Shown in pieces: positions 55,483 through 64,000 of a stretch of 64,000 bases of DNA. Where the stretch lies: positions 34,752-98,751 of the forward strand of contig CAKPCF010000002.1 in NCBI GenBank assembly GCA_934141445.1, given 5' to 3'. This DNA comes from an uncultured Clostridia bacterium (GTDB taxonomy: Bacteria > Bacillota > Clostridia > TANB77 > CAG-508). The translations under genes were made by a program, and so were the position numbers. Positions within the stretch are counted from its first letter, which is position 1. Every line of letters begins with the position of its first letter. The notes under the pieces are model-generated. The model was given only the letters and a program-made list of their open reading frames with translations. It ran no database searches and was not told where the DNA came from.

Positions 55483-57942
55483 ATGATAAAGTTAGAAAAA
55501 GTAAATAAATATTTTAACAGATATAAAAGAAATCAAATACATATCATAAATAATACCTCTTTAGAACTTGGAGACACAGGACTAGTTGCAATTTTAGGAC
55601 AATCTGGTAGTGGTAAAACAACTTTATTAAATGCTATAGGTGGACTAGATAAAGTAAATCGTGGAAAAATATATATAAATGGAAAGAAAATTACTAGAAG
55701 AACAGTAAATACAGTTGATAGGATAAGAAACTTAAATATAGGCTACATTTTTCAAGATTATAAATTGATTGAAAATTTATCAGTTTATGAAAATATTGCG
55801 ATGGCTTTGAGAATGATAGGAATTACTAATAAAAAAGAAATTGATAAAAGAGTTAATTATGTACTTGAAGCTGTAAAGATGGAAAGATACAAAAAAAGAC
55901 CAGCTTTGATGTTATCTGGTGGTGAAAAACAAAGAGTTTCAATTGCTAGAGCTTTGGCTAAAAACCCAAGCATTGTTATAGCTGATGAACCTACTGGAAA
56001 TCTTGATAGCAAAAACTCATTAGAAGTAATGAATATCATAAAAGCTATTTCAAAAGAAAAATTAGTTATACTAGTTACACATGAAGTTGATCTTGCAAAA
56101 TTCTATGCTAGTAGAATTTTAGAAATAAAAGATGGTAAAATAGTTAATGATTATGAAAATAATGTTACTGAATCACTAGAATATAGATTAGATAATAAGA
56201 TATATTTAAAAGATTTCAAAAACATAGAAAATATTCATAGTGAAAATGAAAATTTAAATGTAAATATTTATTCAAATGAAGAAAAAAATAAAATAAATGT
56301 AAATGTAGTTATTAAAGATGGCAATGTATATATAGAAGCAAAAGATAAGCAAATAGAAGTAATTGATGAAAATTCAGCTATTGAATTTGTTGATGACCAT
56401 TATAAAAAAATTGATAAAAGTATATATGAACAATATGACTATAATTTAGATGAAATAGGTGAGAAAAAGTATAAGTTAAAATATAAATCTATTTATGGAA
56501 TTATAAAATCATTAGTTAAAGGTTTTCAAAAGGTATTTGATTATAGTATTTTAAAGAAAATATTGATGCTAGGATTTTTTGCTTCAAGCTTATTTATTGT
56601 ATATGCGATAAGTAATATTTATGGAGTTTCACAAATAGATGAAAAAGATTTTATTGAAGTAGACAAAAATTACTTAAAAGCAGAGATGCCTAAAATTGAT
56701 GTAGACGAATTTTCAAATTATGAAAATGTAGAAGGTGTTGATTATATTTTGCCAGGAGATGGAAATGTAAGTTTCCAATATACAGCAGATGATTATATTC
56801 AAACTGCAAAATATACACTTGAAATATCAGGTTCAATGGTAAGTTTAGACAAAATTAAAGAAGAAAATATTTACGCAGGTAGAATGGCACAAAATGATTA
56901 TGAAATTTTATTAGATAAAATGGTACTAGATAAAATTGTAAACGATAATAATACAATGCTTAGATATATGGGACTTAAAAACGAAAATGAACTATTAAAT
57001 AAAAATGTTAGCATAGATAATTTGGAAAAATTTACAATAGTTGGATTTGTAAATACAGGTAGTCCTTCAATTTATGTTAGTAGAAATTTATTTACAGATA
57101 TTTTAGCAAATCAAACTAGTAGCGATTTTGGTGGTATTTACAGAATTGACGATTCAGAACAAGAAGAAACAGCAGAAGTTAAAAATTATGAATTATATAT
57201 GGATGATATTACTTTAGTAAAAGGCAGATTACCAGAAAATGATTATGAAGTTATTGTAAATGAAAGTAATAAAGAAACTATGAAACTAAATAAAAAGATA
57301 CCTGAAAAGGTTAATGAAGAAGAACTTACTGTTGTTGGATATTATAGAAGTCAGACAGATAGACAAGACTATTTAGTAAACAATGATACAATAATGTATG
57401 ATATTATATCAAAAGCTAGTGGACTTATGGTGTATTGCAATGGAGATAAGCAAGCTGTACTAAATGAATTTCAAGCAAATTATCATATAAATATCTATGA
57501 TAAATATGCAAGAGACTTTGATGAATATCAGGAAAGAAGAAAAGATTCAATTAAGAGTAGTATTATCTTAGCAACCATAATTTTAGCAATATCATTAGTA
57601 GAAATATTCTTAATGATTAGAAGTTCATTCTTATCTCGAATAAAAGAAATAGGTGTACTTAGAGCTATTGGTGTTAAGAAAAATGATATTTACAGAATGT
57701 TTATTGGCGAAATATTTGCAATAACGACTTTAGGAAATTTACCAGGTATATTCTTAATGAATTACATATTATATAATGTATCTAAAATTAGTTATTTTAA
57801 AGGAATGTTTGTTGTAAATACGAATACATTTTTACTAGGATTATTGCTTGTATATGCATTTAATTTAATTATTGGAGCTATTCCAATTTATAAAGTATTA
57901 AGAAAACGTCCAGCAGAGATTCTTGCAAGACACGATATATAA
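55483..57942 (+). CDS. ABC transporter, fused ATPase + FtsX-like permease (paralogue)
   Basis: GQSGSGKTTLLN, LSGGEKQRVSIARA, VIADEPTGNLD, and a C-terminal FtsX-like 4-TM bundle. Confidence 0.8.
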   Translation: MIKLEKVNKYFNRYKRNQIHIINNTSLELGDTGLVAILGQSGSGKTTLLNAIGGLDKVNRGKIYINGKKITRRTVNTVDRIRNLNIGYIFQDYKLIENLSVYENIAMALRMIGITNKKEIDKRVNYVLEAVKMERYKKRPALMLSGGEKQRVSIARALAKNPSIVIADEPTGNLDSKNSLEVMNIIKAISKEKLVILVTHEVDLAKFYASRILEIKDGKIVNDYENNVTESLEYRLDNKIYLKDFKNIENIHSENENLNVNIYSNEEKNKINVNVVIKDGNVYIEAKDKQIEVIDENSAIEFVDDHYKKIDKSIYEQYDYNLDEIGEKKYKLKYKSIYGIIKSLVKGFQKVFDYSILKKILMLGFFASSLFIVYAISNIYGVSQIDEKDFIEVDKNYLKAEMPKIDVDEFSNYENVEGVDYILPGDGNVSFQYTADDYIQTAKYTLEISGSMVSLDKIKEENIYAGRMAQNDYEILLDKMVLDKIVNDNNTMLRYMGLKNENELLNKNVSIDNLEKFTIVGFVNTGSPSIYVSRNLFTDILANQTSSDFGGIYRIDDSEQEETAEVKNYELYMDDITLVKGRLPENDYEVIVNESNKETMKLNKKIPEKVNEEELTVVGYYRSQTDRQDYLVNNDTIMYDIISKASGLMVYCNGDKQAVLNEFQANYHINIYDKYARDFDEYQERRKDSIKSSIILATIILAISLVEIFLMIRSSFLSRIKEIGVLRAIGVKKNDIYRMFIGEIFAITTLGNLPGIFLMNYILYNVSKISYFKGMFVVNTNTFLLGLLLVYAFNLIIGAIPIYKVLRKRPAEILARHDI

Positions 57943-57961
57943 TAAATTTTTGATAAAATAC

Positions 57962-57990
57962 TTGAAAAGGAAAATACTTTTTAGTATAAT
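57962..57990 (+). promoter_or_regulatory. sigma-A promoter of the riboswitch/ATPase unit
   Basis: TTGAAA, 17 nt spacer, TATAAT. Confidence 0.55.
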
Positions 57991-57997
57991 ACAAATA

Positions 57998-58121
57998 TGT
58001 TTAAGAGGGAGTAGCTTATAAATTTACTAATCAACAATCTCGATTTTAAATCTGGTTAGTAAACTCGTAAGAGAAGTGAGACTTTTAAAGAAATGTTTAG
58101 TTTCTTTAGAAGTCTCTTTTT
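57998..58121 (+). promoter_or_regulatory. yybP-ykoY-like (Mn2+) riboswitch with expression-platform terminator
   Basis: AAGAGGGAGUAGC (58002-58015) matches the conserved GGGGAGUAGC loop. The 3' GAGACUUUUAAA resembles the conserved (A)GAGACCUUU end. P1 pairs TTTAAGAG (58000-58007) with CTTTTAAA (58082-58089). An internal helix pairs TTTACTAATC with GGTTAGTAAA. The terminator stem (58078-58093 / 58101-58116, then T5) overlaps the P1 3' strand. Confidence 0.6.
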
Positions 58122-58220
58122 ATATTTGTAAGGTATGCTTAATAAAAGATGAAATTTATATTTTACTGTGGAAGAATATTTTATGGTAAAGTAAAAATAA
58201 TAAATATAATGGAGGTAGAC

Positions 58221-60926
58221 ATGAATCAAAATTGGTTTAATTTAAGTGTTGATGAAGTTCAAAGAAAATTGAACACAGATGTTGATGCAGGTTTAAAACA
58301 AGAAGAGGTAACAAGAAGACAATCACAATATGGTTTTAATGAATTGAAAGCAAAGAAAAAGAAAAGTTTGTTTCAGAAGTTCTTAGAACAGTTTAAAGAC
58401 TTCATGATAATTGTTTTAATTATTGCTGCAATAGTTTCTGGAATCATTGGTGTAAAAGAAGGTGAGGGAATCACAGATACTATAATTATAATGATTGTTG
58501 TAATTGTAAATGCAATTATTGGTGTGGCACAAGAAAATAAAGCAGAAAAATCTTTGGAAGCTTTACAAAAAATGAGTAGCCATGTAGCTAAAGTTATTAG
58601 AAATGGAAAATTACAAGTAGTCCAATCAAAAGATCTTGTACCAGGTGATATTGTAGTTCTTGAAACAGGTGATTTTATACCTGCTGATTTAAGAATTATA
58701 GAAGCTGTAAATTTAAAGTCACAAGAATCAGCATTAACAGGAGAATCTGTTCCAGTAGAGAAAAAAGCAGATATAATAGAAGGTGATGCTCCTTTAGGAG
58801 ATAGAAAAAATATATTATTTTCATCTAGCTTAATTACTTATGGTAGAGGAAAAGGTATTGTAGTTGAAACAGGAATGGAAACAGAAGTTGGAAAAATTGC
58901 AGAGATGATTAACGAAACAGAAGATGAGGAAACTCCACTTCAAGTTAAATTAAACAATTTAGGAAAAACATTAGGAATAGTTGCTTTAGTAATTTGCGCA
59001 ATAATTTTTATAGTGGGTACTTTATATGGAAAAGAACCAATTCACATGTTTATGACAGCTGTTTCATTAGCTGTTGCCGCAATTCCAGAAGGTTTAGCAG
59101 CAATTTCAACTATTGTATTGGCAATTGGTGTACAAAGAATGGTAAAAAGAAATGCAATAGTAAAGAAATTGCCAGCTGTTGAAACTTTAGGAAGTGCGAG
59201 TGTAATTTGTTCAGATAAAACAGGAACACTAACACAAAATAAAATGACAGTTCAAAAGATTTTTGCAAATGGAAAATTGACTGGAATAGAAGAACAGGGA
59301 ACTTTAAGCATTGAAGCAGAAACAGCAGTTGAAGCAAGTATGCTTTGTAATGATACAAAGATTGCAAATGATGGAACTTTAACAGGTGATCCAACAGAAA
59401 CAGCTTTAGTAGATATGGGACTTAAGTTGAATTTCTCAAAAAATATTTATAAAGAAAATCCAAGAGTTGCAGAAATTCCATTTGATTCTGATAGAAAACT
59501 TATGACAACAGTTCATAAAGTTGGTGAAAAATTTATTGTATACACTAAAGGTGGTGTAGATGAACTTTTAAAATGTTGTATAGCATATTCAAAAAATGGA
59601 GAAATAAGAAAAGACTTAGAAAATTATATTCCAGATATACAAAAAAGCAATAAAGAGATGGCAGAAAATGCGTTAAGAGTTTTAGCAATGGCATACAAGG
59701 AATTTAATCATCCTTTAACAGAAAAAGATATGCAAAATTTAGAATCTGATTTAATATTTGTTGGTATGGTAGGAATGATTGATCCACCAAGAGAAGAAGT
59801 TAAAGAAGCTGTTAAAAAGTGTAATTCCGCAGGAATAAAAACTGTAATGATTACGGGTGACCATAAAATTACAGCAACTGCTATTGCAAAAGAGTTAGGA
59901 ATTCTAAAAGATGGTGATGAAGCAGTTACAGGAACAGAACTAGAAGCTATGTCTGATGAAGAATTAGAAAAAAGAGTTCGTAATATTTCAGTATATGCAA
60001 GAGTATCACCAGAACATAAAGTTCGTATAGTTAAAGCTTGGCAAGCAAATGGCGAAATTGTTGCTATGACAGGTGATGGTGTAAATGATGCACCAGCTCT
60101 AAAAAAAGCAGACATAGGTTGTGCTATGGGAGTTGTAGGTACTGATGTTGCTAAAGAAGCGGCAGATGTAATATTAACAGATGATAATTTTGCAACAGTT
60201 GTTTCAGCAGTTGAAGAAGGAAGAAGAATATATGATAATATCATAAAAGCAATTGCATTTTTACTTTCAAGCAATGTTGGAGAAATTGTAGTATTGTTTA
60301 TAGCAATATTGATAACACCATGGCTTGCAGCAAAATTTGGTATACCTCAAGAATATATAAATTATTTAGAACCATTATTACCAATTCAAATTTTATGGAT
60401 AAATTTGGTAACTGATTCATTACCAGCATTAGCATTAGCTTATGACCCAGCAGAAAAAGATATTATGAATAGAAAACCTTCAAAAAATTCTAAAGGTGTA
60501 TTTACAAAGGGATTATCTTTCAGAATTATATATCAAGGAATTATGATTGGTTTATTAACTTTAAGTGCATTTATATTAGGATTAGCTACAAATTCACCAG
60601 ATCCAATGATGAAAATTGATACAGCTCAGACAATGGCATTTGCTGTATTAGCTTTTTCAGAACTTGTACATGTATTTAATGTTAGAAACAATAAAAAATC
60701 AATATTCAAATCAAATCCATTCAATAATAAATATTTATTATTAGCAATTTTAGTTTCAGCTGCTTTAATGTTTTTGGTATTGCTAGTTCCAGCTTTGAGA
60801 ACAATATTTAGTATTGTATTATTACCAGTTGATAAACTAGCAGAAACATTAATATTGATTTTCTCACCAATTGTTATAGTAGAGATTATGAAATTATTTA
60901 AAATAAATACAAGTAAAGATGAATAA
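58221..60926 (+). CDS. P-type cation-transporting ATPase (P2-type, Ca2+/Mn2+ family)
   Basis: ATG at 58221, 5 nt after GGAGG. ICSDKTGTLTQNKM, MITGDHKITA, TGDGVNDAPALKKADIG and PEGL in M4. Confidence 0.85.
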   Translation: MNQNWFNLSVDEVQRKLNTDVDAGLKQEEVTRRQSQYGFNELKAKKKKSLFQKFLEQFKDFMIIVLIIAAIVSGIIGVKEGEGITDTIIIMIVVIVNAIIGVAQENKAEKSLEALQKMSSHVAKVIRNGKLQVVQSKDLVPGDIVVLETGDFIPADLRIIEAVNLKSQESALTGESVPVEKKADIIEGDAPLGDRKNILFSSSLITYGRGKGIVVETGMETEVGKIAEMINETEDEETPLQVKLNNLGKTLGIVALVICAIIFIVGTLYGKEPIHMFMTAVSLAVAAIPEGLAAISTIVLAIGVQRMVKRNAIVKKLPAVETLGSASVICSDKTGTLTQNKMTVQKIFANGKLTGIEEQGTLSIEAETAVEASMLCNDTKIANDGTLTGDPTETALVDMGLKLNFSKNIYKENPRVAEIPFDSDRKLMTTVHKVGEKFIVYTKGGVDELLKCCIAYSKNGEIRKDLENYIPDIQKSNKEMAENALRVLAMAYKEFNHPLTEKDMQNLESDLIFVGMVGMIDPPREEVKEAVKKCNSAGIKTVMITGDHKITATAIAKELGILKDGDEAVTGTELEAMSDEELEKRVRNISVYARVSPEHKVRIVKAWQANGEIVAMTGDGVNDAPALKKADIGCAMGVVGTDVAKEAADVILTDDNFATVVSAVEEGRRIYDNIIKAIAFLLSSNVGEIVVLFIAILITPWLAAKFGIPQEYINYLEPLLPIQILWINLVTDSLPALALAYDPAEKDIMNRKPSKNSKGVFTKGLSFRIIYQGIMIGLLTLSAFILGLATNSPDPMMKIDTAQTMAFAVLAFSELVHVFNVRNNKKSIFKSNPFNNKYLLLAILVSAALMFLVLLVPALRTIFSIVLLPVDKLAETLILIFSPIVIVEIMKLFKINTSKDE

Positions 60927-60949
60927 ATTTATTTTTTGATTCAAAAGAA

Positions 60950-60991
60950 AGCTGTTTGCAAAAGGTTAAATGTTTTGCAAATGGCTTTTTT
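60950..60991 (+). terminator. rho-independent terminator
   Basis: 14-bp stem AGCTGTTTGCAAAA / TTTTGCAAATGGCT (two G-U pairs), then T6. Confidence 0.75.
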
Positions 60992-61106
60992 ATGTATAGA
61001 AATATTACTTTATAATAAATAAAAGCTTGAAAAAAGATTAAAATAAGGTATAATAAAGGCAATGTAGAAGAAATATGTTGAATAATGTCAATTCAGGAGT
61101 GATAAA

Positions 61107-62198
61107 ATGCTATACAATTATGAAAATGGAGAAGATGAAGAATTAGAAACTTATGAAGAATATGAGCGAAAAAGAATAAAAAGGAAAATTAAACTGATAT
61201 CAACATTAACAATTGTTGTAATTGTTTTACTAGGAAGTTTTTTATTAACACATAATTACTTTAAAAATAAACAAAAAGATAATCAAAATGAGCAATCTGA
61301 TAATACGATAGAGAACAATGTCGAAGAAAGTCAAAAAAATGTATCAGTAAATAGTTCTGAAATAAAGAATGATTCGGAAAATAATAATAATGAAAATAAT
61401 TATAGTACAGCTAATAATAGTGTTATTTCAGCTGAACCAACTAAAAATTTAGATAAAAAAGCACAAGTATATATAGGAACTCATATGCAAATACCAGTTC
61501 ATTTGGAAGAAAACATAAAGAAGGGCTTTGTACCAGGTGAAAATCCCAACGCACAAGAAGAAATAAAACAAATATATTCTTCAAATGAAAAACAAGTATA
61601 TTTAACTTTTGATGATGGACCATCTAAAGAGATTACACCTAAGATATTAGATGTACTAAAAGCAGAAGATGTTACAGCAACATTTTTTGTATTAGGCAGT
61701 AGAGTTGAATTAAATCCAAGTTTAGTTCAAAGAGAATTTAACGAGGGACATTTTATTGCAAACCATGGATATTCTCATAAATATTCTCAAATATATTCAA
61801 GTGTTGAAAGTGTATATGATGAATATATAAAGTGTGAAAAAGCTGTTCAAACTGCTTTGAATAATACAGAATATCATACTAGACTATTTAGATTTCCAGG
61901 TGGCTCAAGTGGTGGCAAGTATAACGATTTAAAAGCAAAGGCTAAAAAAAATTTAACAGCTAAAGGAATAGCATCAACTAATTGGAATTCTTTAACTGGT
62001 GATGCTGAAGGTATTACAGATAAAGAAAAATTAATAAATAGAATGATTACAACTAAAGGAAATAGCAATAGTGTTATTTTGCTAATGCATGATGCAGGGG
62101 ATAAGTCTTACACTTTAGAAGCACTACCAGATATTATTAAATATTTTAAAGAACAAGGCTATGTTTTCAAAAATTTTTATGAAATTTTTAATAAGTAA
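61107..62198 (+). CDS. membrane-anchored polysaccharide (peptidoglycan) deacetylase, NodB domain
   Basis: TM anchor, an Asn/Glu-rich linker, and VYLTFDDGPS...TFFVLG...ANHGYSH...RFPGGS. Confidence 0.85.
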   Translation: MLYNYENGEDEELETYEEYERKRIKRKIKLISTLTIVVIVLLGSFLLTHNYFKNKQKDNQNEQSDNTIENNVEESQKNVSVNSSEIKNDSENNNNENNYSTANNSVISAEPTKNLDKKAQVYIGTHMQIPVHLEENIKKGFVPGENPNAQEEIKQIYSSNEKQVYLTFDDGPSKEITPKILDVLKAEDVTATFFVLGSRVELNPSLVQREFNEGHFIANHGYSHKYSQIYSSVESVYDEYIKCEKAVQTALNNTEYHTRLFRFPGGSSGGKYNDLKAKAKKNLTAKGIASTNWNSLTGDAEGITDKEKLINRMITTKGNSNSVILLMHDAGDKSYTLEALPDIIKYFKEQGYVFKNFYEIFNK

Positions 62199-62239
62199 AT
62201 GTATCGATAACGAAAGATAAATCTGAAAGGATACAAAAT

Positions 62240-63436
62240 ATGCAAGATAGTACAAAAATATTTTTATATGAAAATAGTGAGCTAAAAAAAGAAATATATA
62301 AAGAATTTGAAAAAGAAGTCAAAAATTTGCTAGACTATATTTGTGATAAGATTATAGAAACAATTGGAGAAAAATATAGAACAGTAGTTGAAAATGAAAA
62401 AAACAATATAGAACCACTAATAATTTTTGAACATTATAATATGAAAAACATTTTTTGGACTGATGATAAAGCAAAATTTAAGCCAAAATTTGTTGGCAAA
62501 AATAATGAAATAGAGGATGAATACCAAGGATTTAGCTTGGAATTGGCTAAGTTATTTGGAAATGACGATTATGAAAAAAACTACATTTATAATGAAAAAG
62601 TAAAAAAATATATCGAAAATTCTATTGAATATCATATGAAATTACTTAATGAATTTTATGAATCAAATCATGAAAATTATCACGATTTAGCAGATTTGGA
62701 ATTTGGAAAAAATTCAAGCAGTTTCAGTATAATTAAAGAAAAAAGAGATAATGATAATGTAATAATTGATCCGAAATTTGATTATAAAATTTTTATGGCG
62801 AAAACTGAAAAGAGAAAATATTTAGATGCATATTATATAGAATATAATTTAAGTAAGATAGATGATAAGCTAAAACCTGTTAAGTATTTATATATAGTAC
62901 CATTTATTAAAAGAAATTATGATATTGTAGGATTTATAACAAGCATTTTAAAAATGCTATGTGCTAGAATTATAAAATTAAATAAAAATCAATATGAGCT
63001 AGATTATGGGTTATGCTATAAAAAAATGATATCTAAATATAATTTAAATCTTATTTTTATAAAAGAAGAAAATGAAATAGATAAAATGAGTAATGAAGAA
63101 TTACAAAGTAAAGGATATATTAAATTTCTAAATGATGTATTTGAATATATTTCAAACGAAGTAATGGAAAAAATACAAAATGATGAAAATGTAATACATT
63201 ATTTTACTTATGATTTTAAAGAATTAGAAATAAGAAAATTTAAAAACGAATCATACGAGTTTTATTTAAAATATAGAGAAGAGATAATTGAAAATTTATT
63301 CTTGAGGAACAATTCATTGTTTGAAAAAGTGTCTATGGAAGATTTTTCAAAATTTACAAAGGAAAGATTTATTTGGTTTGAAAATAAAATAAATGAATAT
63401 TGGGAAAATATTGCAAAAGAGAATAAGGAGATTTAA
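62240..63436 (+). CDS. hypothetical protein
   Basis: 398-aa Lys/Glu/Asn-rich ORF with no recognisable motif. Confidence 0.45.
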   Translation: MQDSTKIFLYENSELKKEIYKEFEKEVKNLLDYICDKIIETIGEKYRTVVENEKNNIEPLIIFEHYNMKNIFWTDDKAKFKPKFVGKNNEIEDEYQGFSLELAKLFGNDDYEKNYIYNEKVKKYIENSIEYHMKLLNEFYESNHENYHDLADLEFGKNSSSFSIIKEKRDNDNVIIDPKFDYKIFMAKTEKRKYLDAYYIEYNLSKIDDKLKPVKYLYIVPFIKRNYDIVGFITSILKMLCARIIKLNKNQYELDYGLCYKKMISKYNLNLIFIKEENEIDKMSNEELQSKGYIKFLNDVFEYISNEVMEKIQNDENVIHYFTYDFKELEIRKFKNESYEFYLKYREEIIENLFLRNNSLFEKVSMEDFSKFTKERFIWFENKINEYWENIAKENKEI

Positions 63437-63470
63437 GTATTTGCAATGAGCAATATATTGTGAGGTGAGA

Positions 63471-64000
63471 ATGATGAAATTAAAAGTATTAGGTGTGGAA
63501 TCACCACATGGGACAGAAATGCATAATTGCCCGGGGTTCTTGATAACAGAAGGTAAAACTAAAATATTGTTAGATTGTGGAAGTGGAACACATAAATTAT
63601 TAAGATTTCCAACAGACTTAAATAATTTATCTGTTATTATAAGTCATTTACATAGAGATCATTATAATGATATTTATAATATTCAGTATTCGGCTTTTGT
63701 ATATCATAATCAAAAAAGAATAGAAAGACCTATAGATATATATTTGCCATCAACACCTGAAAGTAAGCAAAAAGATGTTGTTGAAGAAGAATATAGTTTT
63801 GCTAATTATCATACAATTACACCGAAAAATAGTTTGAAAATTGGAGATATAGATATTAGTTTTTGTCCAACAGATCATCCAGTTGAAACATATGCTGTAA
63901 AATTGAGTGGTGGAGGTAAAACAATAGTATATACAGCAGATACATCATTTTCTGCTAAAGATAGATTAGTAAAGTTTGCAAAAGGTGCTGATTTACTAAT
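63471..64000 (+). CDS. MBL-fold metallo-hydrolase (N-terminal part; runs off the window)
   Basis: ATGATG after GAGGTGAGA. Open to the window end. LLDCGSG...VIISHLHRDHYNDI (HxHxDH). Confidence 0.7.
   Translation, partial: MMKLKVLGVESPHGTEMHNCPGFLITEGKTKILLDCGSGTHKLLRFPTDLNNLSVIISHLHRDHYNDIYNIQYSAFVYHNQKRIERPIDIYLPSTPESKQKDVVEEEYSFANYHTITPKNSLKIGDIDISFCPTDHPVETYAVKLSGGGKTIVYTADTSFSAKDRLVKFAKGADLL

Noticed and set aside
59708-60274. 188-aa minus-strand ORF and many other 60-145-aa ORFs in the track (for example 3606-3854, 5725-6108, 8644-8937, 15042-15356, 17619-17969, 21402-21701, 30956-31342, 36918-37355, 45041-45433)
   Set aside because: All are embedded antisense or out of frame within long, motif-supported genes. 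They lack RBSs and have the low-complexity composition expected of shadow ORFs in AT-rich DNA.

Overview
This window looks like chromosomal DNA from a very AT-rich, spore-forming Firmicute, probably Clostridia-like (spoVB, pro-sigma-K, whiA, IreB/RuvX/DUF1292). All functional calls come from reading motifs by eye; no BLAST, HMM or folding software was run. Most of the window is housekeeping: lspA, tagA-like, two pseudouridine synthases, HU, GH73 autolysin, rbgA, mini-RNase III, tRNA-Glu, rdgB, recN, sigK, prmC, whiA, hemW, miaB, mutS, tmRNA and a two-component system with two ABC/FtsX fusions.

The best-supported feature is a complete diversity-generating retroelement (DGR) in a ~6.6 kb accessory block between recN and sigK (about 31.7-38.26 kb).
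- A secreted target gene ends in a 140-bp variable repeat (VR, 33422-33561).
- A cognate template repeat (TR, 33623-33762) lies 61 bp downstream. All 15 VR/TR mismatches fall on TR adenines, and 9 of the 11 changed codons are AAY.
- An Avd-like four-helix-bundle gene and a DGR-type reverse transcriptase (IGNYTSQFFANIYL, YMDD) follow.
- The cassette has three unusual parts: an upstream MutS-domain-I-like mini-protein, TR placed before avd and behind a hairpin, and an 830-aa pilin-like protein with three repeat modules whose start overlaps the RT stop (ATGA).

Other points of interest not visible in the ORF track:
- a candidate type I toxin-antitoxin locus next to the tmRNA gene (34-aa hydrophobic ORF convergent with a promoter-to-terminator small RNA);
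- a ~200-nt orphan structured RNA upstream of prmC, possibly 6S-like;
- a yybP-ykoY-like Mn2+ riboswitch upstream of a P-type ATPase;
- a duplicated tRNA-Glu 3' end plus terminator;
- an orphan coupling-protein-like / replication-relaxation-like gene pair inside conserved synteny;
- a 1019-aa ParA-like protein with AT-hooks and reiterated LPG-acidic motifs;
- a 1480-aa protein with two SpoVK-type AAA+ modules and a C-terminal M41 protease, carrying a near-identical internal DNA duplication.

No CRISPR array, rRNA gene, integrase or transposase was seen.
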